Shown here one piece after another: positions 34,339 to 43,137 of a DNA stretch of 64,000 bases (position 1 is the first letter of the stretch; each line of letters starts with the position of its first letter). A program made the translations under genes and the position numbers. The notes beneath the pieces were generated by a model that searched no databases, was not told the DNA's origin, and saw only the letters and a list, made by a program, of their open reading frames with translations. The DNA lies in the NCBI GenBank assembly GCA_036268405.1, contig DATAUF010000121.1, positions 9,086-73,085 of the forward strand, written 5' to 3'. Source of the stretch: Mycobacteriales bacterium. GTDB lineage: Bacteria > Actinomycetota > Actinomycetes > JAFAQI01.

Positions 34339-36705
34339 ATGCGGATCCGGTTGGGAAGTTCGAGGCTGGTGGCGGCGGGCGCCGCCTTGGCGGTCGCGTC
34401 AGGCGGTGGAGTGGCCGCGGCAGCCACTGGGTCGTCGGGCAGCACGCAGTCGTTGCTCCCGACGATCACGCGGACGGTCGACCAGATCCGCGAAGCGGGG
34501 AAGACCGTGGTTGGCAGCGTCAACTACACGGTCAACGAGAAGTCGCAGGCGCGTACGACCACGACCGACAGCTACGGAAACCCGCTGCAGGGCTTGTCCC
34601 TGCAGGGGCTGCCGAGCCTGCCGGGTGTCGGTCAGGCGCTTCCGTTCGAGACCGGCAACAACACGGACCTGGACAACGAGCCATCCAGCGAGAACACCGG
34701 CGAGTGCCCCGCAGCGGGCAAAGGTCACGAGTATCTGATCGTGTGGGCCGGCAAGATGAACGCCGCCGACCTGACCGGTTCGGACATCGAGGACCTGATC
34801 GGCGGCGGCGAGGTCAACCCCGAGGGCTTGAAGTCGCAGATCCCGATCGAGTTCCTCGAGACCGGCTCGGACATGATGGCCACGATTGACGCCGAGCCTG
34901 GTTGCTCGACCTACGGCAAGGTCGTCAACGTCTCGGTTGTCAGCGGCCCCGACGGCGTCGAGAACGAGCCGCACCACATGCAGTACACGTGGTACCCCGG
35001 CCAGACCGTGTGGGCCGGTGGCCTGTTCACCTCGCGAATCTTCACCTACGACCTCTCGGACCTGCCGCAGGTCAAGCTCACGAAGATCGACGAGCCCTGG
35101 TCGACCCCGAGCGGCAGCATCTGGGACGCGTTCGCGACGCTGCCCAACGGCGACGCCTACGGCACGCTGATGGGTGGCCCGCTGTACGCATACGGCACCA
35201 CGCCGGGCGCTGTCGTCGAGATCGCCGGCAGCAACCACCCGGGAGCGCAGCCGGGCGACATCCTCGGCGAGTGGCCGGCGACCGGCTCGAACAACCTTCT
35301 CCAGGGTGCGGACACCAACGGAAACGCGGTTGGTGCCCTCGCCAAGTCGGTCGGCGGCACCGTCTCCGACCTGCCGCACCTGGTGACCAGGGGTCAGGAC
35401 GACAGCGGCCTGGACTTGAACAACGGCTCGGTCAAATGCCCGGACTTCGGCAGTTGCGCCAACCCGCACGGCATCCAGATCCGCGCCGACCTCAAGACGA
35501 TGGTGACGTCGGACTACGCCGAGCCGGCGCAGATCATCGAGGATCCGGTCAAACCGACGAATGCGTACTACTTCAGACGCACGGTGAGGGTCTGGAGCTT
35601 CAGCTCCAAGGGCTGCTCAGGAAACCCGACACCTGGCGCGACGCTGAACAACCCGAAGATATGTGCCATCGACGTGATGCCACTGGGGCCGCGTGACGAC
35701 TCGAACCCGGCTCACGGCGAGAACCTCGGCATCATGGAGAACGGCTCGACGTGGGACTACCCGCTGCCGGACGGCCGGATCCCCAAGGGCTGGTTCTCGG
35801 AAAGCATGTGTGGTGGTGCCGTCTTCTACACGCCGGACATCACCAACACCAAGAAGCACCCGTGGCACGAGGTGTTCGACTCGACCGCTGCAGTCGCGGC
35901 GCTGAAGTCGAACGGCGCAGGCAAGGTTCCCGGTGGCGGCGACCTGAAGAACGAGCCAGCCGGCTGTGACGGTGCGGCGTGGGACGTGGTGAGCCCTGAC
36001 AACCGGTTCCTGGGTCACGCGGTCAACGGCCGTTACATCCTGCAGGACGACTTCGATGACGCGGGTACGCCGAAGATGGTCTACACCCTGAGCATCACGA
36101 AGCTGCTCGAGGCCGGCGATCACTACCAGTGCAACCTGTCGGACAACATCCGGGCTCTCGCCGACCCGACGCTGGGCGGCAAGGACTGCCCGACGGTGGC
36201 CGGTGTCGTCGCGATCAATGACCCGACCTCGGGTGGTCCTCACTGGGCGGAGTTCGACAACTTCCGCCTCGCCGCGATCAAGATCAAGGACCCGAAGACG
36301 GGCAAGATCGTGACGGACTATCACGCGCCGACTCGGATCGCGGAGGCGAACTACTTCGTCGCGCGGACCGGCGTCGATGGCAACCACACGGTCTGCATGA
36401 TCAACATGAACCCGAAGACGGGAAGCCTCTCGCTCGACACCAACTTCATCGACGAGACCGAGGGCACGCCCTGCGTTCAGTTCAACCGGCGGGACTGGCC
36501 AGACCCCAACATCAAGGGCTACTACAAGCCGCACGCGATGCTCTTCGTCGAGAACGGCGCGCCTGCCACGGGCTTGACCCCCTACGGGCACTCGTACGGT
36601 CCGAACTGTGAGTTCGGCAAGGTCGTCGATGGGCAGTGCCGTGGCTACTGGGGGGAGCCCATCGACATGGGCGCCGATACGGCCGGCCTGAAGTACGAGG
36701 AGTGA
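34339..36705 (+). CDS. Secreted, enlarged SBP56 (selenium-binding protein / methanethiol oxidase)-like beta-propeller protein
   Basis: ATG 34339 lies 5 nt after GGAGGG. Signal peptide [21 protein letters not shown]. Blocks that resemble my recollection of SELENBP1: [24 protein letters not shown] vs [44 protein letters not shown] vs [34 protein letters not shown] vs [19 protein letters not shown] vs SHLYVWDW; GGPHW vs GGPQM; [17 protein letters not shown] vs VKGGLKLNPNFLVDF. 788 aa against ~470 for canonical members. Confidence 0.5.
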   Translation: [788 protein letters not shown]

Positions 36706-39536
36706 CGCGCCGCCGTCTGCGTCGGGCCGGTTCGCTGGCCCGACGCAGCGGCAGTGTGGTGCTGCTTGCCGCGGTCCTCGGACTCGCGACGGCGGCCCCC
36801 GCCGCCGCGCATCCTTACTTGCTCAGCAGCGACCCCGCGAGCGGCGCGATCCTGACGACCGCGCCGGGCCAGATCGACATCGGCTACACCGAAGGCCTCG
36901 ACCGCTCGTACTGCACCGTCGTCCTCATCGCACCGGACGGCCATCGGATCTCAACCCACCAGGCCTCCGCGGATGCCCCGACCGAGCTGTCCGTGGTCCC
37001 GGACTCTTCGCTGGCCGAGCAAGGTACCTACGCCGTGAACTGGACGGCGGTCGGCGACGACGGCCACACCGTGATCGGAAGCTTCAGCTTCAGCATCGGA
37101 CATCCTTCGGCCAACTCCGCGGTGCAGTCCGGCTCATCGGATGTCACCGGCAGTGCCTCCTCGCCACGAGGAGCGCAGCGGCTGCTGCGAACCGTCCTGC
37201 CGTTCGCATCCGTCGTCCTCGTGGCGCTGCTGCTGCTCGGCGGCGTTCTCGCCGCCACGGGACGGCGGGCGTCGCGAGTCCGATGGGGTGCGCTCGCGGT
37301 TGTTTTCGCGGTGGAGATCGCCCTTGCGGCCCTTGTCCTGTCCTCCGGCGGGCTCTCCGCCTTCGGCTCATCAGCCACCGGACGTCGGTTGATCGCGGAG
37401 CTCATTCTCACGGCCCTGGTGCTCCCCGTCGTCATCGACGGTGGCCGGCTCGCGGCCGGTCAACGCCCTTGCGGCTGGCGTCGCTGGCTCGCTGCGCTCA
37501 GTTCGCTCGGACTGCTGGTGGTGCTCGCCGACTCCGGTCACGCGGCTTCGCAGCCGAGCTCGCGCCGCGACCTCGTGCTCGCGGTCTACTCGGTTCACCT
37601 GCTGGCGGTCAGTGTCTGGATCGGCGCCCTGCTCGCGGTCATCCTCCGGATGCGATCAGGCGGCGGTGAGGCGCCGACGATGTCGACAGCAGATCCGAAA
37701 CGCTCGCTGCGCCCACTCGTTGCGGTGTCGCTGGTCGCGGTGCTCGGCACTGGGATCGCGACTACCGACTGGGGTCTGCGCACGCTCGGGGACGTCCCGG
37801 GCACCTTGTACGGCAAGCTCGCCGTCGCGTTGCTGATCTTGTTCGTCGTGATGGTCTGGCTCGGGATCGTGGGCTCGTCGATGATGCCGGCTGCCACGGG
37901 GGAGAGGAGTCGGCTGCCGCGACTCAGCGCCGCGCTGATGGGTGCGGAGGCGGTCGTCGCGGCGGCGGCGCTGCTGGTCGCGGGAATCCTTGGCCAGGTC
38001 TCACAGCCGCTCGACGAGCCGTACGCCTCGCAGGCCTATGCGACGTCGACCGGCGTACCGCTCGCCGTGACGGCGGTCGGCGCCGATTCGCTGGACGTCG
38101 CCACCCTCGCGCCCGGCATCGTCGGCCGAAACACACTTGTCGTCGAGGTGGGTCAGGCGGACGAGGACGACTTTCTCAGTCCGGCACCCGGCGTCCGTTC
38201 AGTGACGGCGACGTTGTCGTGTGGCGGATGCGGCGAGCCCGACCAGCAGGTCGCCCTTCATTCGACCGGCGGTGGTGCCGAGTGGACCGCCGACGTCTCC
38301 CTGTCCGAGGCGGCGTCGTGGCTGGTCACCGCGGCTGTGACGCGCTCGGGTGAGCGACCTGGCACCGCGCGGTTCGCCGAGCGCGTCTCGCCGGCCGAGC
38401 TTCCGCACCAGATCGTTGTCGGCGTCCCGACGTCACTGTCAGGACCGACCGGTGAGACCTGCCGTGACGAGATCCTCGGTCTCCAGGTGGCACTCGAGGA
38501 TCTCAACTCGCAGGCCGCCAACCACGGCGACCTGATCCGCGTCGTGGCGGTCGACCTGCACGACGGTGTCCCCGCGGCCATGGCGCGACTTCAGTCGCTC
38601 GGAGCCCGCCTGATCGCCTTGCCGTGCGGAACGGCGAGCGAGGTCCAGGGGGCGACAGCAGCCGCGCGCGACGCCGGTCTGCCGGTTGTCGCGGGTGCCG
38701 CGTCGATTCCTCAGGACCGCGCCGGCGTGTGGTCGACACAGCCGTCGTGGCGCGCCGAGGGCGCGGCGATCGGCACCCAGGCGCTACGCCAGCTCGCGAC
38801 CTCGGTCACCGTGCTCGTGGGCGACACGGTCGTCGACCGGACCGAGCTGGCCGGTCTGCGCTCGGCGCTGGCCGGGCGCCAGGTCGCGCTTCACATGACG
38901 GGATTCCCGTCGAAGCCGCTCCCGTTCGTCTCCGCATTGCAGCGCCACAACGCTGACGTCGTGGCGTTGCTCGGCGATCGGCATGAGGCCGCGCCGGTTG
39001 TTCACGCGTTCTCTGCGGTGTCACAGATCAACGGCTGGGTGCCTTCCCACGGCATCCTTGCGTCCGCTCAGCTGATGAGTACGGACTTCATCGACGCCGC
39101 GGGCACGATCACCAGACTCGGGGGGATCGAGTTCGCGAGCGACATCAATCCGTTCGACCCGGTGTCGCAGTACTACGCACAGCGCCTTCGCGCGCTCGCG
39201 CCCGGCGTACGGCCCTCCTTCGACGGACTGCACGGCTATCAAGCGGGTCTCGCGATCGCGCAGGCACTGCGCGATGGCGGCGGACGTCCGTCGTCGAGCT
39301 CTTTGATCAGCCTGCTCGGCAGCCGGTTCGCCAAGTTCACGGTCGGGAGCTACCGCCTCGGCTGGAATCAGACTGGAGGCACCTCGACATCGCTGGCGTT
39401 CTTTCGATCGACATACGTGAACCCGATGGCGATGCCGTCCGACACGCCTGGCGGCGCCTCAGCCCTGGCCCACGAGGGCACCTTCCTCGACAGCGGCGGC
39501 TTCGAGCAGGTCGCGCCGTTCCGGATCACCTCATGA
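36702..39536 (+). CDS. CopC - CopD - type I periplasmic-binding-protein triple fusion
   Basis: GTG 36702 overlaps the upstream stop (GTGA). The signal peptide ends AAPAAA|HPYLLSSDP, so the mature N-terminus is His as in Cu(II)-binding CopC. CopC body: GTYAVNWTAVGDDGHTVIGSFSFSIG. Then ~8 hydrophobic CopD-like segments. C-terminal ~380 aa are Peripla_BP_6-like (QIVVGVPTSLSGPTGE...LIALPCGTAS...). Confidence 0.75.
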   Translation: MTRRRLRRAGSLARRSGSVVLLAAVLGLATAAPAAAHPYLLSSDPASGAILTTAPGQIDIGYTEGLDRSYCTVVLIAPDGHRISTHQASADAPTELSVVPDSSLAEQGTYAVNWTAVGDDGHTVIGSFSFSIGHPSANSAVQSGSSDVTGSASSPRGAQRLLRTVLPFASVVLVALLLLGGVLAATGRRASRVRWGALAVVFAVEIALAALVLSSGGLSAFGSSATGRRLIAELILTALVLPVVIDGGRLAAGQRPCGWRRWLAALSSLGLLVVLADSGHAASQPSSRRDLVLAVYSVHLLAVSVWIGALLAVILRMRSGGGEAPTMSTADPKRSLRPLVAVSLVAVLGTGIATTDWGLRTLGDVPGTLYGKLAVALLILFVVMVWLGIVGSSMMPAATGERSRLPRLSAALMGAEAVVAAAALLVAGILGQVSQPLDEPYASQAYATSTGVPLAVTAVGADSLDVATLAPGIVGRNTLVVEVGQADEDDFLSPAPGVRSVTATLSCGGCGEPDQQVALHSTGGGAEWTADVSLSEAASWLVTAAVTRSGERPGTARFAERVSPAELPHQIVVGVPTSLSGPTGETCRDEILGLQVALEDLNSQAANHGDLIRVVAVDLHDGVPAAMARLQSLGARLIALPCGTASEVQGATAAARDAGLPVVAGAASIPQDRAGVWSTQPSWRAEGAAIGTQALRQLATSVTVLVGDTVVDRTELAGLRSALAGRQVALHMTGFPSKPLPFVSALQRHNADVVALLGDRHEAAPVVHAFSAVSQINGWVPSHGILASAQLMSTDFIDAAGTITRLGGIEFASDINPFDPVSQYYAQRLRALAPGVRPSFDGLHGYQAGLAIAQALRDGGGRPSSSSLISLLGSRFAKFTVGSYRLGWNQTGGTSTSLAFFRSTYVNPMAMPSDTPGGASALAHEGTFLDSGGFEQVAPFRITS

Positions 39537-40177
39537 CTGTCACGCGGTCCGGAGCCGGCTGCGCCGCGACTCTCGCATTGCTCATCACAGTCTCCGGGTG
39601 CGGCGGCGGCTCGACCCCGCTGCCGTCGCACCCGGATCCAACGTCATCGGCCACCGGCTCCTCCGCCGCGGCGCCGATCTCGACCGGCTGCTCACCGAAC
39701 CTGGTTCCCACGGGCTACACGATCGACGCGAAGCACTCCGGCAAGCTGACCGCCCACAGCTACAGCGCAGCAGCCGAGGTCCAGGCTGCGCTCGAGTACG
39801 ACCAGCTGCAGTCCGGCGCGCGAGAGGTGTTCGTGCACTCGGCCGGCCGGCGCACCGACGGCGTCGCGACCTGCGTCGCCATGCAGTTCCCCTCTGCCCA
39901 TCTCGCCGGACGGTTCTTCATGTCCTACCGAGCGCTCCGCAAGCAAGCCGGGTCGCTCGTGGCGGAGGTCTCGATCCCTGGCGGTGCAAGCGGCCTGTCA
40001 GGTGCAACCGGCTACCTCGAGAGGGACCAGTCATTCCGCGGCTACCAGATCGCTTCGACCGATGTCATCGAGTTCTCCGGGCAGGACGGGCGCAGGCTCG
40101 ACATCGTGTCGGTGGCCGGCGCGACTCCGTCGCGGAGCCTCGGACACAAGCTGCTCGTCGCGATGGCGAATCAGTGA
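39533..40177 (+). CDS. Lipoprotein, unknown function
   Basis: ATGA overlap with the CopCD-PBP stop. Lipobox LLITVSGC. Confidence 0.55.
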   Translation: MTVTRSGAGCAATLALLITVSGCGGGSTPLPSHPDPTSSATGSSAAAPISTGCSPNLVPTGYTIDAKHSGKLTAHSYSAAAEVQAALEYDQLQSGAREVFVHSAGRRTDGVATCVAMQFPSAHLAGRFFMSYRALRKQAGSLVAEVSIPGGASGLSGATGYLERDQSFRGYQIASTDVIEFSGQDGRRLDIVSVAGATPSRSLGHKLLVAMANQ

Positions 40178-40848
40178 TGAGCATCAACCGCACAGTCGCG
40201 GCCGTGATCGGCGTCGCTCTGCTGGGAGCGGTGTCCGCGGGCTGCAGCAGCAGCGGAAGCAACGGGGCCGCGGCACCGACGATCTCGCCTTCGGCCACCG
40301 GCAGCAGCCAGGTCACGCCCGCCTCCGGTCTGCCCACCCCGCTCGCCGGCTCGACCCTGACCGCGGCCGATGTGGCCGACCCAGGCCTGCCGTCGAAGAT
40401 CGGGCCGGGCAAGCTGTCGAACGCGACGATCAAGAAGCTCGTCCAGTACTTCGAGGACAACGTCGCCAAGGCGTACGCCGACGGAGATGCCAACGCGCTC
40501 GAGCACTACCTGGCGGGTCCGATGCTCTCCGGCAACCGCGCCACGATCACGTTGCTGGCCAAGCAGGACAAGCTCAACATCTTCCGGATCCGGGTGCAGA
40601 AGATCACGGCGGAGACGAACGAGGCCGAGCACGTCATCATCGACATGACCGGCGACATGGTCTTGAACTACTTCATCGACAGCAAGACCCACAAGATCCT
40701 CGAAAACGGTCTTCCCGGCCCCAGCCAGGTGCAGTTCGCGATCTTCCTCGACCGCAACCCCAAGACCAACACGTGGTACTGGACGGGGGAGCAGTCCGAG
40801 ACCACTGGCGGTGCGACGAGCGGCACGACCGTGGAGCAGGCGCCGTGA
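40177..40848 (+). CDS. Lipoprotein with NTF2/ARC6-IMS-like C-terminal domain
   Basis: TGATG junction. Lipobox GAVSAGC, Ser/Pro/Ala linker, then YLAGPMLSGNRATITLLAKQDKLNIFRIRVQKI...VIIDMTGDMVLNYF. Only the 3' part of track ORF 39598-40848 is real. Confidence 0.55.
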   Translation: MSINRTVAAVIGVALLGAVSAGCSSSGSNGAAAPTISPSATGSSQVTPASGLPTPLAGSTLTAADVADPGLPSKIGPGKLSNATIKKLVQYFEDNVAKAYADGDANALEHYLAGPMLSGNRATITLLAKQDKLNIFRIRVQKITAETNEAEHVIIDMTGDMVLNYFIDSKTHKILENGLPGPSQVQFAIFLDRNPKTNTWYWTGEQSETTGGATSGTTVEQAP

Positions 40849-41801
40849 TCTCGCATGCACCGCTAGCGGCCGCGACAGCGCTCGCCGGCTGTCTGTTTGC
40901 CGCTGCTCCCGCGACGGCGGGGACCGCGGGTCCGCCCGGTGTGCTGCAGCTCACCGGAGTGCTCCACCTGTCCAAGGGCACGTGTGACGGCGACAAGCCC
41001 GGCGGCAGCTATCTGTCGGTGACGTTCGGCACCAAGGTCATCGGCAACCCTGCGTCGAGCTGCGAGCACGGCGCGGTCACGCTGCTTTCGCCTGGTCGAC
41101 CGGGCCTGTCGACAGACGCGTTCACACCGCTGTCCGACGAGGCGTTCGACAGTCGAGGCAACCCGGTCGCCACGTCGTTGACGCAGCCGGTCCGGTTCGG
41201 ATCCCACCTGCTCAGCCTGGTGAGCTCCGGGCAGGATCTGCAGGACGCGCCGACCGGCCGGGCGACGTTCGCGTTTCCGCATCTCTACGTCACCGGGACC
41301 AAGGTCCTCGCCGATGTCCGGTCGATTCAGGCGCTCTACGACGGCGCGGCCGGGACGACGTGCGCATCCGGCGCGGGGAGTGGCTGCTGGCTGATCGGAG
41401 CCGAGCGCGCGACGGGGACGTACGACGCGCAGACACATCGGGTGACGCTGTCCTGGTTCTCCGGGCAGTCCTTCGTCCAGGAGTCGGCCGGTACCGTCGT
41501 CCACCTGTCGGGAGTGTTCGTCGGAGCCAAGCCCAAGCCGCTCAAGCGGGGCACGGCCGTCGACCTCGGCACCTCCAGCTTCGCCGCGGGACCCGCGCCC
41601 AGGTCGAACGCTCGCACGATGGCTGCTCGTCACCGGCGCGGCAGTACTCGAACCGGCGCCCAGCAGGCGACGGCATCCGCCCGCGCGGCAACCACCGCCG
41701 CGTCCTCCGGCAACCGTCGGCTCGCGGCGATCCTCGCCGCCGCCATGCTTCTCGTGCTCGCGGCGTCGCATGGCGCCGCTCTTCGTAAGGGACGCTCGTG
41801 A
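40845..41801 (+). CDS. Uncharacterised secreted protein family, paralog 1 (C-terminal TM anchor)
   Basis: GTGA junction. Family motifs: LTGVLHLSKGTCDG..GGSYL, TLLSPG, EAFDSRGN, ATGTYDAQTHRVTLSWFSG, VHLSGVF. C-terminal basic/Ala-rich linker plus TM LAAILAAAMLLVLAA. Confidence 0.6.
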   Translation: MISHAPLAAATALAGCLFAAAPATAGTAGPPGVLQLTGVLHLSKGTCDGDKPGGSYLSVTFGTKVIGNPASSCEHGAVTLLSPGRPGLSTDAFTPLSDEAFDSRGNPVATSLTQPVRFGSHLLSLVSSGQDLQDAPTGRATFAFPHLYVTGTKVLADVRSIQALYDGAAGTTCASGAGSGCWLIGAERATGTYDAQTHRVTLSWFSGQSFVQESAGTVVHLSGVFVGAKPKPLKRGTAVDLGTSSFAAGPAPRSNARTMAARHRRGSTRTGAQQATASARAATTAASSGNRRLAAILAAAMLLVLAASHGAALRKGRS

Positions 41802-42502
41802 CCTCGCAACGTCGGCTCGCCGGACTGGCCGTCACACTCGCCGTCGTTGTCGCCGGATGTAGCGGCGGGCACGGCTCGTCGAACGCGACGTCGACGAAGC
41901 TGACCGGGCTGTTCAAGATCACGCCGGGTGCCTGCGCGACGGCGAAGGGGAAGCCCACCGGCAGCTACCTCGTTGTCATCTCCGCCGCGGCCGGCAAGAC
42001 CGTGGGAAACAAGCACGGCGGATGCGTGAACCCGGCATACACGTTGTTGCGTCCCGGGGCCGACGGCGGCCTCGTCACCGGTGAGTTCCAGGACGTCTCA
42101 GGTGCGGCGTTCGACAGCCACGGCAACGGCCGGGCCAACCGGATCGTGGTGCCGACCGCCTTCGGGTCGCGGCGCTTCGGGATCGCAACGAACACCCACG
42201 ACCAACAGGGAGCCGCGAACGGTCAGCCCGCGTACCCGCGACCGGCGGCAATCGCGACCGGCTCGTCGCTACGCGTAGACCTCCGTTCACTCGTCATCAC
42301 CTACGGCGGGCCTGCAAGCTCGACCTGCGAACAGGCATTCGGGGTCGGGTGCTGGGAGCTCGGCTCGGAGAACGCCACCGGGACCTATGACGCGACCAGT
42401 GCCCACTACCTCATCAACTGGTTCTCGGGGGAGTCCTTCACGGCGAAGGGTGACTCCATCGAGGTGCACCTCGAAGGCACATTCGTCCCGCAGTCCGGGT
42501 GA
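41798..42502 (+). CDS. Uncharacterised secreted protein family, paralog 2 (lipoprotein)
   Basis: GTGA junction. Lipobox VVVAGC. Motifs: LTGLFKITPGACA..TGSYL, YTLLRPGADGGLVTGEFQ, AAFDSHGN, ATGTYDATSAHYLINWFSG, VHLEGTFVP. Confidence 0.65.
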   Translation: MTSQRRLAGLAVTLAVVVAGCSGGHGSSNATSTKLTGLFKITPGACATAKGKPTGSYLVVISAAAGKTVGNKHGGCVNPAYTLLRPGADGGLVTGEFQDVSGAAFDSHGNGRANRIVVPTAFGSRRFGIATNTHDQQGAANGQPAYPRPAAIATGSSLRVDLRSLVITYGGPASSTCEQAFGVGCWELGSENATGTYDATSAHYLINWFSGESFTAKGDSIEVHLEGTFVPQSG

Positions 42503-43095
42503 GCAGCCGCGTCGTAAGTGCGCTGGCAGCCGGCATTTTTGTCGTGCTCTGCGCCGCGGTGCCCGTCGCGGCGTTCACGCATCAGGGCCGCGCCGACGTC
42601 CCCGCTGCGCGAGTCGCGCCGCTGTCGACCGCCGATCGCAAAGCGCTCCTCGCCGCGCAGAAGCTGATTGCTGATCTGCCCGAGGCGCTCGCCGAGGTGC
42701 CACGCGCGGGCGCGGATGTCGCCGGCATCGGTCCGTCGGCCGCCCGCGCCACCCTCGGCGGCTCCGCCGAGCTTCGGCCGCTGGCCGAAGCGGTCGATGG
42801 ACGCGTGCCCGCCGTGACGTTGCTCGAAGCGTCGTATCGAGCCCTGCTCGATGACCGCCCGCTGCCGGACCCGGTCGCGTTGTCGAGTGCACTCCAGACG
42901 TTGCAGATCGTCGAAGGCGACGTGCTCCCGGCGGTGCGCGTCATTGCCTTGGAGCACGGTCGGCATGTGTCGGCGGGGGGAGCGCTCGACGCGGTCGAGC
43001 GCGACCCTGCGACATCAGCACTCGGCCGGCTGCTCGTCGACTGGCAGCAGGTCTACGGCGTCTTCGTGCTCGTCGAGCAGGCCGCTGCCCGCTGA
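42499..43095 (+). CDS. Secreted/membrane-anchored Ala/Leu-rich protein, unknown function (last gene of the operon)
   Basis: GTGA junction. N-terminal hydrophobic segment ALAAGIFVVLCAAVPVAAF. Confidence 0.45.
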   Translation: MSSRVVSALAAGIFVVLCAAVPVAAFTHQGRADVPAARVAPLSTADRKALLAAQKLIADLPEALAEVPRAGADVAGIGPSAARATLGGSAELRPLAEAVDGRVPAVTLLEASYRALLDDRPLPDPVALSSALQTLQIVEGDVLPAVRVIALEHGRHVSAGGALDAVERDPATSALGRLLVDWQQVYGVFVLVEQAAAR

Positions 43096-43137
43096 GCTCG
43101 CTCCGCCCGTCGCCCAGCGTTCGGCCGGGCCGCCACC

